A DNA stretch of 64,000 nt from Lytechinus pictus. Its lineage: Eukaryota. The number at the start of each line of letters is the position of its first letter. The first letter of the stretch is position 1. The position numbers and the translations under genes are program-made. Location: contig NC_087247.1 of the NCBI RefSeq assembly GCF_037042905.1, positions 63,059,097 to 63,123,096 of the forward strand. The letters run 5' to 3'. The notes under the pieces were generated by a model. It was not told the origin of the DNA, made no database searches, and was given only the letters and a program-made list of their open reading frames with translations. Shown here piece after piece: positions 1 to 11,500 of this stretch.

Positions 1-960
1 AGTATTCAGTGACAGTGTGGAGAAAACGTACCCTCGCAACAGGTTTTGCATGCAATGGAGCTTGACGTGGGAGAGCTAATCACGTCTCTCGTACACTCAT
101 ACACGTCATCAAATTCGAGTCAATTCAGAGACCGCTGGGAGGCGTATTTTCGGAGAGGCATTTTAGCGCTTTTTAGTTGGCGATATCCACCTTATGTATT
201 ACTTTCGTTATTTTTCAATGACCAAATGATAATCCCCACATCATGACCTTTCCACTGATATATAATAAGGCCATATTCATAATCAATATATTTCTCCTTT
301 AAAGAAATCGATGGGGGTCAGGTGACAAATTGTCTAAAAATTGGTTGATTTGACGTGGATTGACCCACATGATATATTTTCAAAAACGTAAAAAAGGGAC
401 ATTCAAGTCTCTGATCGAGTGCAGCAGATTTAACATTTACACGGTGCCTAATTGGTAAACATTTTCGCTGAATGCGTAGGGGCGAAAACTTCCCGCGCAC
501 CGTATCACTCACAAGTCCTGAACGCTGTGCTGTATGTTTTATCACATATTTGGTTGATTTCATGCTTATAAATTATTTTTTTCTACACAATGCCACATTT
601 CATCAATATTGTTTGTCATTATAACATTGGAAATGTAATTTATTAACGGCCCAAACGATCAACTATATTAAAAAAACTGGGAAATATTGCGAGAGAGTGA
701 TTAATTAGGTGATGTTCATTGTCAAAATTTAGTCATGACTTCGGTTGTACATAAGCCAACGCTGTCACTTGCGCACGGGCTTGCGCACTTGCCGTCGGGC
801 TGGACTTTGGTGGGTGACCGTTGGCACCATTCAACGTGCAGAGTTGGGGAGTTATAGGTAAAAATACTTGGAAATAATCTGCAATATTTTTTTTCTTGTC
901 CCTAAATTACTCATATGAAAATTCCAAGTATTAAAAAAAATTAAGTTGAAATCCAATTTT

Positions 961-1017
961 AGTGGCATGACAACCAGTGGCACTCAAATGGGGGGGGGGG
1001 GAGGCACTTGCCCCCCA
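961..1017. repeat. Gn-loop-Cn hairpin of the same class: agtggcatgacaaccagtggcactcaaatG12aggcacttgC6
   Basis: Same architecture (AGTGGC... followed by a G-run, short spacer, C-run). Confidence 0.4.
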
Positions 1018-3089
1018 AATTTTTTTCATGAAAAAAAAAAATAGGAAAAAGAAATGAAAGAGAGAAGGGAAGGATATCATCAAATTTGATTTTTTAACAA
1101 AAAATGTCGAAACTTTTACTCATCTTGCTCGCTCGCAACTACTTTTTATAAATTTCACCTGATATGCCATCTATAATCCTTGAATTTTTTGCTCGTTACG
1201 GAAACAAATGGAAACAAAAAGAAAGGAAAATGAACGACATATCCCCATTACTATTGCTGTGATTCTCATAAGCGAGAGAAGGGGCCACAGAACTTCATAT
1301 GAGCGACATATTTACATAAAAAATATTGGCTATGAATCTCACAAGGGGGCACGGACCGGAAATGTTCACCCCCCCCCTGCCCTGGATTCGCCGCTGATTC
1401 CATCCTAAAATGACTTAATACTGATGCTCTGAAATCAAGACAATACAGAAGATTGATATTCTGTAATATACATTATGAACGTCTGACAAAAAGATTACCA
1501 ACCGATCAGCTGAACAGTACGCGTATCACTTCGGAGCCGGAGTTGATCAGTTGTCGCAGAGTGTGTGGAACACTCACCTAAAAATCAACAAAAAGGGGCT
1601 AAAATGTAACTTGTAAGTTTAACATTAATCCATTTTAATTTAAAATTATATCAATATGAGATATTTGTTTCGACCTTATGAAAGTCATATCTCATGCATC
1701 CAACTTGTATTAAGGCATACATTTACCAAAGTCCTGGGTTGCAAATCAAAACAGCAATGTCCAACCCGGAATTTCGGTATTGTCGCCTATGAGGTCCATA
1801 CATGTTGTTAATAATGTTTGGAGTGGCTTCATTCATTGGTACTAGGAGTGATCTCCACACCCACCCATGGGAGCATTACTGCCGCCGCGTACAGGAAAAT
1901 TGAAGGCACGGCGCATGCAAAATTGCAACTAACTCCCGCGAGCTTAAGAAGAAATTTAATCAAATCAAGTACTACTACGAAACTTACCGAACAATGTGAA
2001 GTCAATTCCCCCTAGTATGATGAATATCCCTCAAATAGCGTCATTTAAGCGTTGATTTTTCATCTCGTTGACAAAATACGGACATCGCTTGCCTTCCATC
2101 TCCCAAATTTTTCGTCTAATTAGCTAAAGAGGGCGTGCGATTTATTTTCATATCAAAGACACTACAAGGGAAAGACTAGGCACAAAAACTATTTTACACG
2201 TAAATCGATGCAAAGCGTTACGCGAAGTCGGCAAAGTGTCCAATCTTTTTACTGTAAAGACTTTGGTGGAACGTTTATTGACAAACGAACGGTAGCACTG
2301 CGGGCTTTGTTCAAGGTACGTAGAATTTTTTTTTTTTTTTTTTTTGTCATCGCTTTGAATGTTTTTGAAAAAGTATTATCGTCAGCAAAAATATAAAAAG
2401 TATGTTTCTTAAGTTATTGCATTTATTGGTGTCTATATTTTATCAAACAATCATGGGAAATGTGCATATGTGACTCGACACACCGAAATGAGAGACAAGT
2501 CGGAATGTTCCAAATCCAATTTCTTTAGTGATTATTATTGCCCGTTTCTTTACCTTTAATTTGATATATCACTTGACCCTTAAGAGTAAATATTAGTAGA
2601 GATATTAGCCTTAGAATGCAAGAAGAATTGGGCTCTTGAAAATAAAAATCAAGAGAAAAACGCCTTCGAAGTTTGACTTCCGTTTTGACCCTGCTCCATG
2701 AAAAAATCTGTTTTGCCACCACCGAGCTAACCGAAATGCCCTAGTAACCGCTTGCCAAAAAAGGCAAAACGGTTAACCAATGAGGAGGCTGCTTTGAGAA
2801 CAATAGTCAACTTGCAAGTCACGCGCGACTGCAAGACGAAACAACGTTTCATGTCAATCAATTATCTTCTACACATCAGTGGTTAAACCGGGGTTTTATA
2901 ATAATCTTCGTGAAAGAAAAAGAATGCCATGATATAAAAGGTTGGACCTAAAACCACGGAGGAGGGAGTATTCCAATTGTGCCATCGGCTTGTTTGAATT
3001 TCGATGGCGTTTACTCTCACCCGGACTCTTGACATGTAATCTATCAAGCGAGTCATTATGACCTGAACTTGAACCGCATGTTAAAAAAA

Positions 3090-3880
3090 AACAAGTGGAA
3101 TGCCTCTGGCCGTCTCACCTGCATCACGCGATTCAATATAGCAGCAGTGCTGATTTTGAAAACTACTATAACTCGCACAAGATGTTCAGTGATACTTGGT
3201 TACTCGTATTTCCACGTTTTATGAACTAGACCAATACACTTATAGAGATATGATGGCAATTCAACAAATACCCCCAACGTGGCCAAAGTTCTTTGACCTT
3301 ACATGACCTTTGACCTTGATCATGTGACCTGAAACTCGCACAGGATGTTCAGTGATACTTGATTACTCTTATGTCCAAGTTTTATGAACTAGACCAACAC
3401 ACTTTCAAATTTATGGCTGTAATTCAACAAATACCCCAATTTGGCCAAAGTTCATTGACCCTAAATGACCTTTGACCTTGATCATGTGACCTGAAACTTG
3501 CACAGGATGTTCAGTAATACTTGATTACTATTATGTCCAAGTTTCATGAATCAGATCCATAAACTTTCAAAGTTATGATGACATTTCAAAAACTTAACTT
3601 TAGGTTAAGATTTTGATGTTGATTCCCCCAACATGGTCTAAGTTCATTGACCCTAAATGACCTTTGACCTTGGTCATGTGACATGAAACTCAGGCAGGAT
3701 GTTCAGTAATACTTGATTAACCTTATGGCCAAGTTTCATCAACTAGGTCCATATACTTTCTAAGTTATGCTGTCATTTCAAAAACTTAACCTCAGGTTAA
3801 GATTTGGTGTTGACGCCGCCGCCGCCGTCGGAAAAGCGGCGCCTATAGTCTCACTCTGCTATGCAGGTGAGACAAAAAAC
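3090..3880 (+). mobile_element. TIR-bounded element carrying internal ~180-bp tandem units, copy 1 (about 4 units)
   Basis: Left end AACAAGTGGAATGCCTCTGGCCGTCTCACCTGCAT, right end ATGCAGGTGAGACAAAAA. The 13-bp core GTCTCACCTGCAT / ATGCAGGTGAGAC is an inverted repeat. Interior units recur as ...gatgttcagtgatacttgattac...ccataaactttcaaagttatgatgg...tgacctttgaccttggtcatgtgacctgaaactc. Confidence 0.7.
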
Positions 3881-4267
3881 TATCCCTTGTAAAAAATAAT
3901 GGTACGATGGGCCTTCAAAATAATTTGTACCTCACCTTTACTAATGGCTTGTGTGCTCATGTTTTATTAACGCTAATGTTAGATTGAGACAGTGAGAACA
4001 AAAACGCGAATAATTCAATATCGTCTATTACCGATCATTTGGGGGGGGGGGTATAATTTACAGCATTGGAATGATTTGAAATTAGTACAAAATACATAAA
4101 GGTATATTAATGAAAAAAGGCAATAGAAAAACGTTTATAATGATTCTAAAATTGGTGCAGAAAAAACCTTGACATAAACGTCTTAATTCTACAACAAAAA
4201 GAGCGAGGAGATACCCTGAGTAAAGTCCCGTTATAATTATTTCCAACAGAGGTTAGATTAGGGGAGA

Positions 4268-4441
4268 TACGCTTTTTATTTTTTTAAACAAACAAGTGCA
4301 CACCTAGTTACAAATAATGTGTCAAGCATTTCCATTTATCTGAATGAAGGATATAAGAGCAAAGGTGTCGTAGCCGCGGGGATCGATCCCGGACTCTCCA
4401 TGTATAGCCAGGCACCTTAGACCACTCGGCCACGGCACCTC
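4268..4441 (-). mobile_element. tRNA-derived SINE-like element (tRNA-related head with A-box/B-box, body, A-rich tail)
   Basis: Reverse complement of 4367-4441 reads GGAGGTGCCGTGGCCGAGTGGTCTAAGGTGCC...GTCCGGGATCGATCCCCGCGG. The A box is TGGCCGAGTGG, the B box-like is GGGATCGATCC, and spacing is about 40 nt. It does not fold into a clean cloverleaf, so it is not a bona fide tRNA. A-rich stretch at about 4270-4290. Confidence 0.35.
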
Positions 4442-4914
4442 CAACATGAATGCTGATTCGGATCGATATCAAGCACAACCAATATTTTATTCTAACACAG
4501 TAACAGATAAAAAATTAGAACATGCAATTTATGCCTTGTGCAACAGGTCTTTGTAAGATTGAATGATTAAATTTGGAGGAGAGAGAACCCCATAAAACTG
4601 AGAGAAAAACATAATAATAATAAATTCAAAATAAAAAAATAAAACGAAATAAAAGCCCGGTTGTGTTTTATATAGTTCTCTGTATTTTCTTGTCCGTTTT
4701 CTTAATTTTCCAATAGAACTTTTGACTCATTCCATTCTACCTTAATTTCCCGCTGTTGTTTGCTATTTTGTCATCTTTGTTGTTTATTTCCCTTTGTTAC
4801 TAATCACGCTAGCATAGTATTTGGAATGATTTGTTCTTTCTCACATGTTCTTCTTTCCTTCCTTTCCCGCTTTCCTTCCGTTTTCCCTTTGTATGTTTTT
4901 CTTACTTTTTCATA

Positions 4915-5175
4915 GGCGGATCCAGCTTTTGGCGAATGGGGGGGGGGGGGGCGTACTGCCGAGCGGCGCACATAAGCACTTCACCGGCGCCATAAAAGAA
5001 AATTTTGAAAAAGGGGTAAAGTCTGACCCTGTCAAATGCTCTTTTCTTTTCTTTCCTTTATTTTTATTTTTTAAGCGGCGCCTTTTCTTTCTTTTACTTT
5101 TTTTTTTTTTTTTTGAGCGGCGCCAAATATTAAGGGGGGGGTGTGCGCTCCCTCTGCCCCCCCCCTGGATCCGCC
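4915..5175. mobile_element. Short element with 11-bp TIR GGCGGATCCAG/CTGGATCCGCC and subterminal G14 and C9 runs
   Basis: ggcggatccagcttttggcgaatgggggggggggggg...ctctgccccccccctggatccgcc. Related copy at 8914-9126. Confidence 0.5.
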
Positions 5176-6239
5176 ATTGTTTGTTTTTTGAAGACGAATA
5201 ATTGTATGTATACGATGATAACAGTGCGAGAACTGATTAAAAAGCTACAATAATTCGTCTTTAAATGCAGTCTCGACTTTCGACATCGCACTGAACACGC
5301 CATTTCTGAGTTGATCGACACTTCACACGTTTTGAAATAACAAAAGCCCGGACGTTGCGAGTAACAAAACCTAGACTACGGTAGACCCGGCGGTCGCCCG
5401 ACGAGCGCCGGCGCGGTCTGTTTGTACTGTAAAGGTGATTACGGTACGAACCAATTGTTCTTTCGTATTAACAATTGATCATTAGCCTTTGTGTTACGGG
5501 GTCCTGGCCGCCCAAACTACGATGGATTGTGAACTTTAGATAATAATGATAATTTTCCAAAGTTACAAAGCGCTGATCTCCTTTGTTTGAACAGTTCTTG
5601 TGCTTGGCTTTCATTTCGCCATTATTACGTTATCACCAATCTTGACCAACCTTATAACTCAGATTTCGCATCCCGTTTGACGGTTAGTAACTCTTTGATA
5701 AATATAATTAAAAGACAATTATTAAAATCTCTTTGAAGCACGGGCGGGAATGAAAGGGAAGGGGGAGCCTAGGTTTTCATTTCTCTGCCACGGCCCGTTA
5801 ATTGCTTTTAATTTTATATAGATTAAAAATCATAATCACAAGCTCTTTGAAGCACTTTACTTCAGGGGCGCGGTGGAGCGAATTTGAAGGGGGGCACTGG
5901 GAAAAATGGTACCTTCTCGTTAAAAGGGCACTATATCTTTAAAAAAGAAAGACTAATCTATAGTAGTGTGGTGAGCAAAAATTTTTGAATTGGCTGCAGT
6001 ATCGAAGCTTCGAGCGAGCAAAAATGAACATTTTTGTAACGAAAATCAAATTTTGTGTTAGATTTTGACATAAATTATAGGCCTATTCAGAAATAATATC
6101 ATTATCTATCTTTCCTTCTCTTATATTTTCTTTCTTTTTTCTTGGTTGTGCTTTTTTTGGGGGGAGGCAAGAGTCCCCCCATCTGTACGCATCTACCCAC
6201 TCAACTGACTGATGAAACTTAATGCACGTATGATTATTC

Positions 6240-6535
6240 TTTTTTCCTTCAGAAGTATATTGCTTTATTTCTTGTTTCAAAGGGGCACTCGTTAACACCG
6301 TGACTAAACTGATGGTCCTTCCCAGGTGAAAGGGGCACAGAACATGTTGGTAAGGGGCATTTTCTTGGGTAAAAAGGGGCACTGATAAGAGAAAGGGCAC
6401 CGTATAAGAAATCAAAGGGGCCCCTTCTAATGGCATAAAACGGGTCCTTCTCGGGTGTGAAAGGCGCTGCACGTACAAAACACGTTCGTGATGGCATTTG
6501 GGGGTAAAAATTGGCATACGAAAAATGGCACTTGC
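6240..6535 (+). repeat. Periodic motif block: aaaggggcac(t) recurring about 12 times at 20-35-bp intervals
   Basis: caaaggggcactcg...gaaaggggcacagaa...taaggggcatttt...aaaaggggcactgat...aaagggcaccgt...aaaggggcccctt...gaaaggcgctgc... Confidence 0.6.
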
Positions 6536-6539
6536 TAAC

Positions 6540-7056
6540 ACACACAAAAGAGAAGATCAAACTGGGAAAGAACGATAAACCGAAACATAAAGAGGATAAA
6601 ACAAAGATAAGAACAAGAAGAAAAGGGGCATGGAGGAAAAGACGGTGGGTGTGGCAAGGAAGAATAAAGAACGGCTGTGATAAAAAAAATAGAAGATCGA
6701 ATGGGAGAACAAGGAATAATATAGAACAACAAAAAATAAGAGAGAAAAGGAAGAGGAATAAGACGTTGGGATGAGCAAGAGAGAGAAAGGAAAAGGAAAA
6801 GGGGAAGAAATGAGGTCAAAAAATTAGAGCAGATCGACGAGGTAGGAGAAAAAGAAATGGAGGGGGAGAAATAAGATTGTGGGGATGAGCAGGTGAGAGG
6901 AAGAAGGAAAACAGAAATATATTAAAGAGGAACGAAATAAAAAAGAAGAGGAATAAGGCGGTGGGTGAGGGAGGGAGAAAACAAAGAAGGAAAGAAGAAA
7001 GAAAACCGGCAAAAAGAGAGAAGATCGAAGGGTGAGAAGAACGAAAACAGAATTAT
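6540..7056 (+). repeat. Polypurine (A/G >95%) tract with internal ~230-bp periodicity. Similar tracts at 8393-8760, 29421-29530, 31030-31200, 33800-33930 and 38560-38600.
   Basis: Recurring string aaaagagaagatc(g/a)aa(a)ggg(t/a)(g/a)a(g/c)aagaacg(a/g)aaaaca at 6541, 7010 and 8475. The ORFs listed here on both strands (K/R/E-rich or F/L/S-rich) are low-complexity artefacts. Confidence 0.8.
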
Positions 7057-8392
7057 AACAAGTGGAACGCCTCTGGCAGTCTCGCCTGCATTACGCAATC
7101 TAATATAGCAGCAGTGCTAAATTTGAAAACTACTATAAAATAATCATTCACAAAAACATCATTCATATAATGACATAATACCACGTTCATTGACCATAAA
7201 TGACATTTGAACGGAGACTTAAGACTGTCAACTACACCCATGTCCACATTTCATTCACTCTATCCATAAACTTTCAAAGTCATGATGGCACTTCAACAAT
7301 TACCCCAACATGGCCTAAGTTTATTGACCTTAACTGACCTTTGACTTGGTTTTGTGACCTGAAACTCACAGGGGATGTTCAGTGATGCTTGATTACTCTT
7401 ATATCCCAAGTTTTATGAACTAGATCCATAAACTTTCACAGTTAGGATGGTAATTCAACAAATACCCCCAACACGGCCAAAGTTCAATGACCTTTGACCA
7501 TGGTCATGTGACCTGAAACTCGTACAGGATGTTCAGTGATACTTGATTACTCTTTTGTCCAAGTTTTATGAACTAGATCCATAAACTTTCAGAGCTAGGA
7601 TGGTAATTTAACATATACCCCCAACACGGCCAAAGTTCATTGACCTTAAATGACCATTGACCATGGTCATGTGACCTGAAACTCGCACAGGATATTCAGT
7701 GGTACTTGATTAACCTAATGTCTAAGATTCATGAACTAAATCCATAAATTTTCAAAGTTATGATGGTAATTCAACAAATACCCCCAACTTGGCCAAAGTT
7801 CATTGACCCTAAATGACCTTTGACCTTGGTCATGTGACCTGAAAATCAGGCAGGATGTTCACTAATACTTTATTAACCTTATGTCCAAGTTTCATGGACT
7901 AGATCCATAAATTTTCAAAGTTATGATAGTAATTCAACAAATACCCCCAACTTGACCAAAGTTCATTGACCCTAAATGACCTTTGACCTTGGTCACGTGA
8001 CCTGAAACTCGAGCAGGATGTTCACTAATACTTGATTAACCTTATGCCCAAGTTTCATGAACTAGGTCCATATACTTTCTAAGTTATGATGTCATTTCTA
8101 AAACTTAACCTTCGGTTAAGATTTTGAAAATAATTTTCCCAACATGGTCTAAGTTCATTGACCCTAAATGACCTTTGACCTTGGTCATGTGACCTGAAAT
8201 TCAGGCAGGATGTTCAGTAATACTTGATTAACCTTATGTCCAAGTTTCATGAACTAGGTCCATATACTTTCTAAGTTATGATGTCATTTAAAAAACTTAA
8301 CCTTAGGTTAAGATTTGATGTTGACGCCGCCGCCGCCGCCGTCGGAAAAGCGGCGCCTATAGTCTCGCTCTGCTATGCAGGCGGGGCAAAAA
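7057..8392 (+). mobile_element. Same TIR/satellite element family, copy 2 (about 7 internal units; right TIR mutated to ATGCAGGCGGGGC)
   Basis: Shares terminal and internal sequence with copy 1. Inserted inside a polypurine repetitive tract; the flanks on both sides read ...agagaagatcgaaagggnacaagaacgnaaaacaa.... Confidence 0.7.
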
Positions 8393-8913
8393 TAGAAACG
8401 AAAAGGGGGAAAATGTTGAAAAATGTAAAGGGTGAACAAAGGGGAGAGAGAAGAAGGAAAGGAGGAGAAAATAATCGACATAGAAAAAAGAGAAGATCGA
8501 AAGGGAACAAGAACGGAAAACAAAAGAGGAATTAACGAATTAGAATTAAAGAAGTGAAAGGGGTTGAGGAAGAACAAGAGGGAGATTTAGAAAGAAGAGA
8601 CCGAATGGCCTGAATGAGAAGAGCAAATGAAAAGGGGGAGAGGGGAAGAAAGGAAGAAATAAAACACAAGAAAGACGAAAGAAGAACTGAAGGTAAGAGA
8701 ATAACAGAGAGGGAAAGAGAGAATAGATCTGGACAAAGTCGAAGGGGACAACATGACAATGACTTGTAGGTTAATGTTAATTTCAATAGGTGTATTTTAA
8801 ATGACTAATATTTTCAATCAATATCGTAAGACCCGTATACCATTATCAAAAAATAAAAAATGCAGGCCTACTGCATGGTCCTTTCAGGCCATATTTCATT
8901 GGTCAAAGTCAGG

Positions 8914-9126
8914 GGCGGATCCAGGATTTTCCCAAAAAAGGTTTTCAAGCATAAATTAAGGATATTTCGTACCCGCCAAAAAATTGACAAGCAAAAACAA
9001 GAATAGGTCTTCAATTTCAAAAGGGGGGTACATCCCGGGGTATATCTCGGCTTCAATGGCATTTTGACATTACAAATTTTTAATTTTTCTTCTCAAGGGG
9101 GGGACGTGCCCCCCTGGATCCGCGCC
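8914..9126. mobile_element. Second copy of the GGCGGATCCAG-TIR element; right end has the hairpin GGGGGGG-acgt-GCCCCCC
   Basis: ggcggatccagg...ctcaagggggggacgtgcccccctggatccgcgcc. Confidence 0.5.
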
Positions 9127-10399
9127 TTGTCGAAGTTGATAATTATTCTACTGTCTCTAACTTCCTGTTATTTCTGACAGTTATTTCTTTCTCTATCGTT
9201 CATTCAAACATGATAAAAAATTGAAGGCAAAAATAATTGGAAATAATGAAGCCCACCAAGCTTTCATGATAAACTTTTTTTCTTTTGTTAATGATACTGC
9301 AGATCCATTAACCCACATTCGCGAACATACAATACTTTTATGGATTTTAAACCATTTCTTTTGAAAATAAAGTTTTCTATTCGAAACATCCCGATCACTT
9401 GCAAATAATAAAGAGAATCTTCAACATGTCCATTTTATGTTTCATGAAATAAATCTTCGCCAACAAACCGTGTTATGAATTTTGCGTTTACGCATGACTT
9501 TTTGCGCGATTATAGACAAGCTATACGCTCTAAATCAGGTAGGCCTATTAATCTATCGCTAACGCCCCCGCCAGGTACCAACTACCATTATCACAAAAAT
9601 AACCCTTTAGAAGTTGAATCCCGTTTGTAAACTTTTGTCAAGAAGCCCCCTTTTCAATTTCAGAATACGTATTGAAAGCGATGCTTTTGATCTTTCTTTT
9701 GAAGCTCATTGAACCGATCGAGCGGCCGGTCGGACGCCGCCAGCTCATACCTGCCAACCTTTGATAATAAAAAATCAGTATCAATACTACGAGGGCACCG
9801 AGTGGGTGTCCGGCCCGTTTTAACGGTAGGCCTAGGGGCTCTTTGCATTTTCAGCATGTAAGAGTAGCGCATTTCCCTACACTTTTTAAAGCAAATATAC
9901 CCTCATAATCTACCTTTATGTAATTTAATATCATTTGTCAATTAAAAGAAGGTCTTTAAATATCACTTTTGTGACAAAAAACACCCAGTTTCATGCAGGT
10001 GTGATTTGTTTTCATTTAAATCTATGAATATTTCATGTTCACCAGAGCTCTCAAAAACTTTAATTTTGAATATATTTTTGAGAGCCCTCTATTGGTGGAA
10101 AGTGAGATTGATGCAGATCTTCATCTCCACAGATTCTCTTTTTAATTAGAAAAAATTAATTTCAATAATTCAATTGAGTTATGGGCCAAGGCATAGGCCT
10201 ATTTTTATGATGAATTTAGATCTAAGTTGGGCCTAACTTACTGTATGAAAAACTGACGTGCCAAAAAATCAAACATTTATCCAGCCTATATCAAGAGAAA
10301 ATAAGCCAAACATTGACAATCATATTCATGTTATTTCACCGCAAAGGGGTTACTGACTAAGGACAAAACCTAAATTGGATAAGTGCTTGTTGGTATAAG

Positions 10400-11500
10400 A
10401 GAGCAGATTTTCGATTTTCAGCCATGACAAAAATGCGCCCGACCCGCAATGCGCACTTGCGGTGCGCCGGTGAGCTAAGACGGGGAGGCTGAGGCGCAGC
10501 AACACGGCGGGCGCCGGGAGCTTAGGCAAGCGAAGCAAGTAGATTTGGCGTTCGGCTCCGAAGGCTCAACTTGAGATCAAAATTTGATAATCTCTTTTCT
10601 TCCTCAAAAATTTGACAACTATTCAAAAAATAAAGTACAGATCAATGTTAAAATTGCGTTGGGATAGATCTAACTTAGAGTAGCGTCAGTGCGCGGCTGG
10701 CCGGGCGGCGCGGGGGTATGGTGTGCAGCCGTTCGGCAGCAGCTGCAGCATGCAGGCAGCGCAGAAGCTCAGAAATATACCACTGAAATCACCAAACACA
10801 CTAGACATACACTGCACATTCACTAACTCACTCCCTCACTACAAAATCTTCCGGCGACATGGGCAAAACCTCAAATAAAAGGTGAAATTTTCTTACCTAA
10901 ATCACCATATTTCGCGTCAAAAATATCACCACCGGTAATTTTTAACATCGTAGTTAGGAAATAAGGGGTCTAAAAAAGTGTATTTTTCACGGTTTTTCCG
11001 ATGTTCGTGGATTATGAAAACATGTCCTCACTAAAAACTGGCACTTTCGCGAGCCGATGTCAGCCGCCATTTTTTTCCGGAAGTCAACGCTAAGTGCGGT
11101 CGTAGTGTGTACGCTCGTTATTTTCACATGCATTTACAATGGAACTGCGCACTTAGCAGTGTTTGCGCGCCGTTTAACGTCGCTCTCTAGCTCTGTGCAA
11201 AACTAGCGCATTTGCGTAGCCGTGCGCTCCAGTTGTTTATGCGTTAGTCGCATCTTGATATGAGCCGTGCATGCGTTAGTCGCATCATACAGCCGTTTCA
11301 ATAATTTCAACACTATATTGATTAACCCAAAAATCGGAATTTTGGTTTTAAAATTCGGAATTCGGAATGGAAGTATAAAAATCGGTATAATTCCGCCAAA
11401 ATCGGAATGGTTGGCAGGTATGCCAGCTGTACTCTAGTTTAAATGAATAGCCAATCAACAATGGCGTACGTTGCTAGGGGCGGAGCTTAGTATGAAGCGA
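10400..11500. promoter_or_regulatory. CpG-rich, promoter-like block with ETS site CCGGAAGT (11077-11084), CCAAT box AGCCAATCA (11449-11457), GC box GGGGCGGAGC (11477-11486), tandem gcgttagtcgcatc x2 (11241-11285) and atcggaat x5 (11320-11410)
   Basis: High local CpG density at 10430-10760 and 11040-11290, unlike the AT-rich surroundings, plus canonical core-promoter motifs. No downstream coding exon could be assigned. Confidence 0.35.

Noticed and set aside
4367-4441. Bona fide tRNA gene (Ser/Leu-like D-arm)
   Set aside because: Acceptor and T stems do not close properly and there are extra nucleotides between T-arm and 3-prime acceptor. More consistent with a tRNA-derived SINE head.
6083-7012. 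Multiple overlapping ORFs on both strands (154 aa, 103 aa, 87 aa, 94 aa...)
   Set aside because: They lie in the aaaggggcac periodic block and the polypurine tract. These are low-complexity artefacts.
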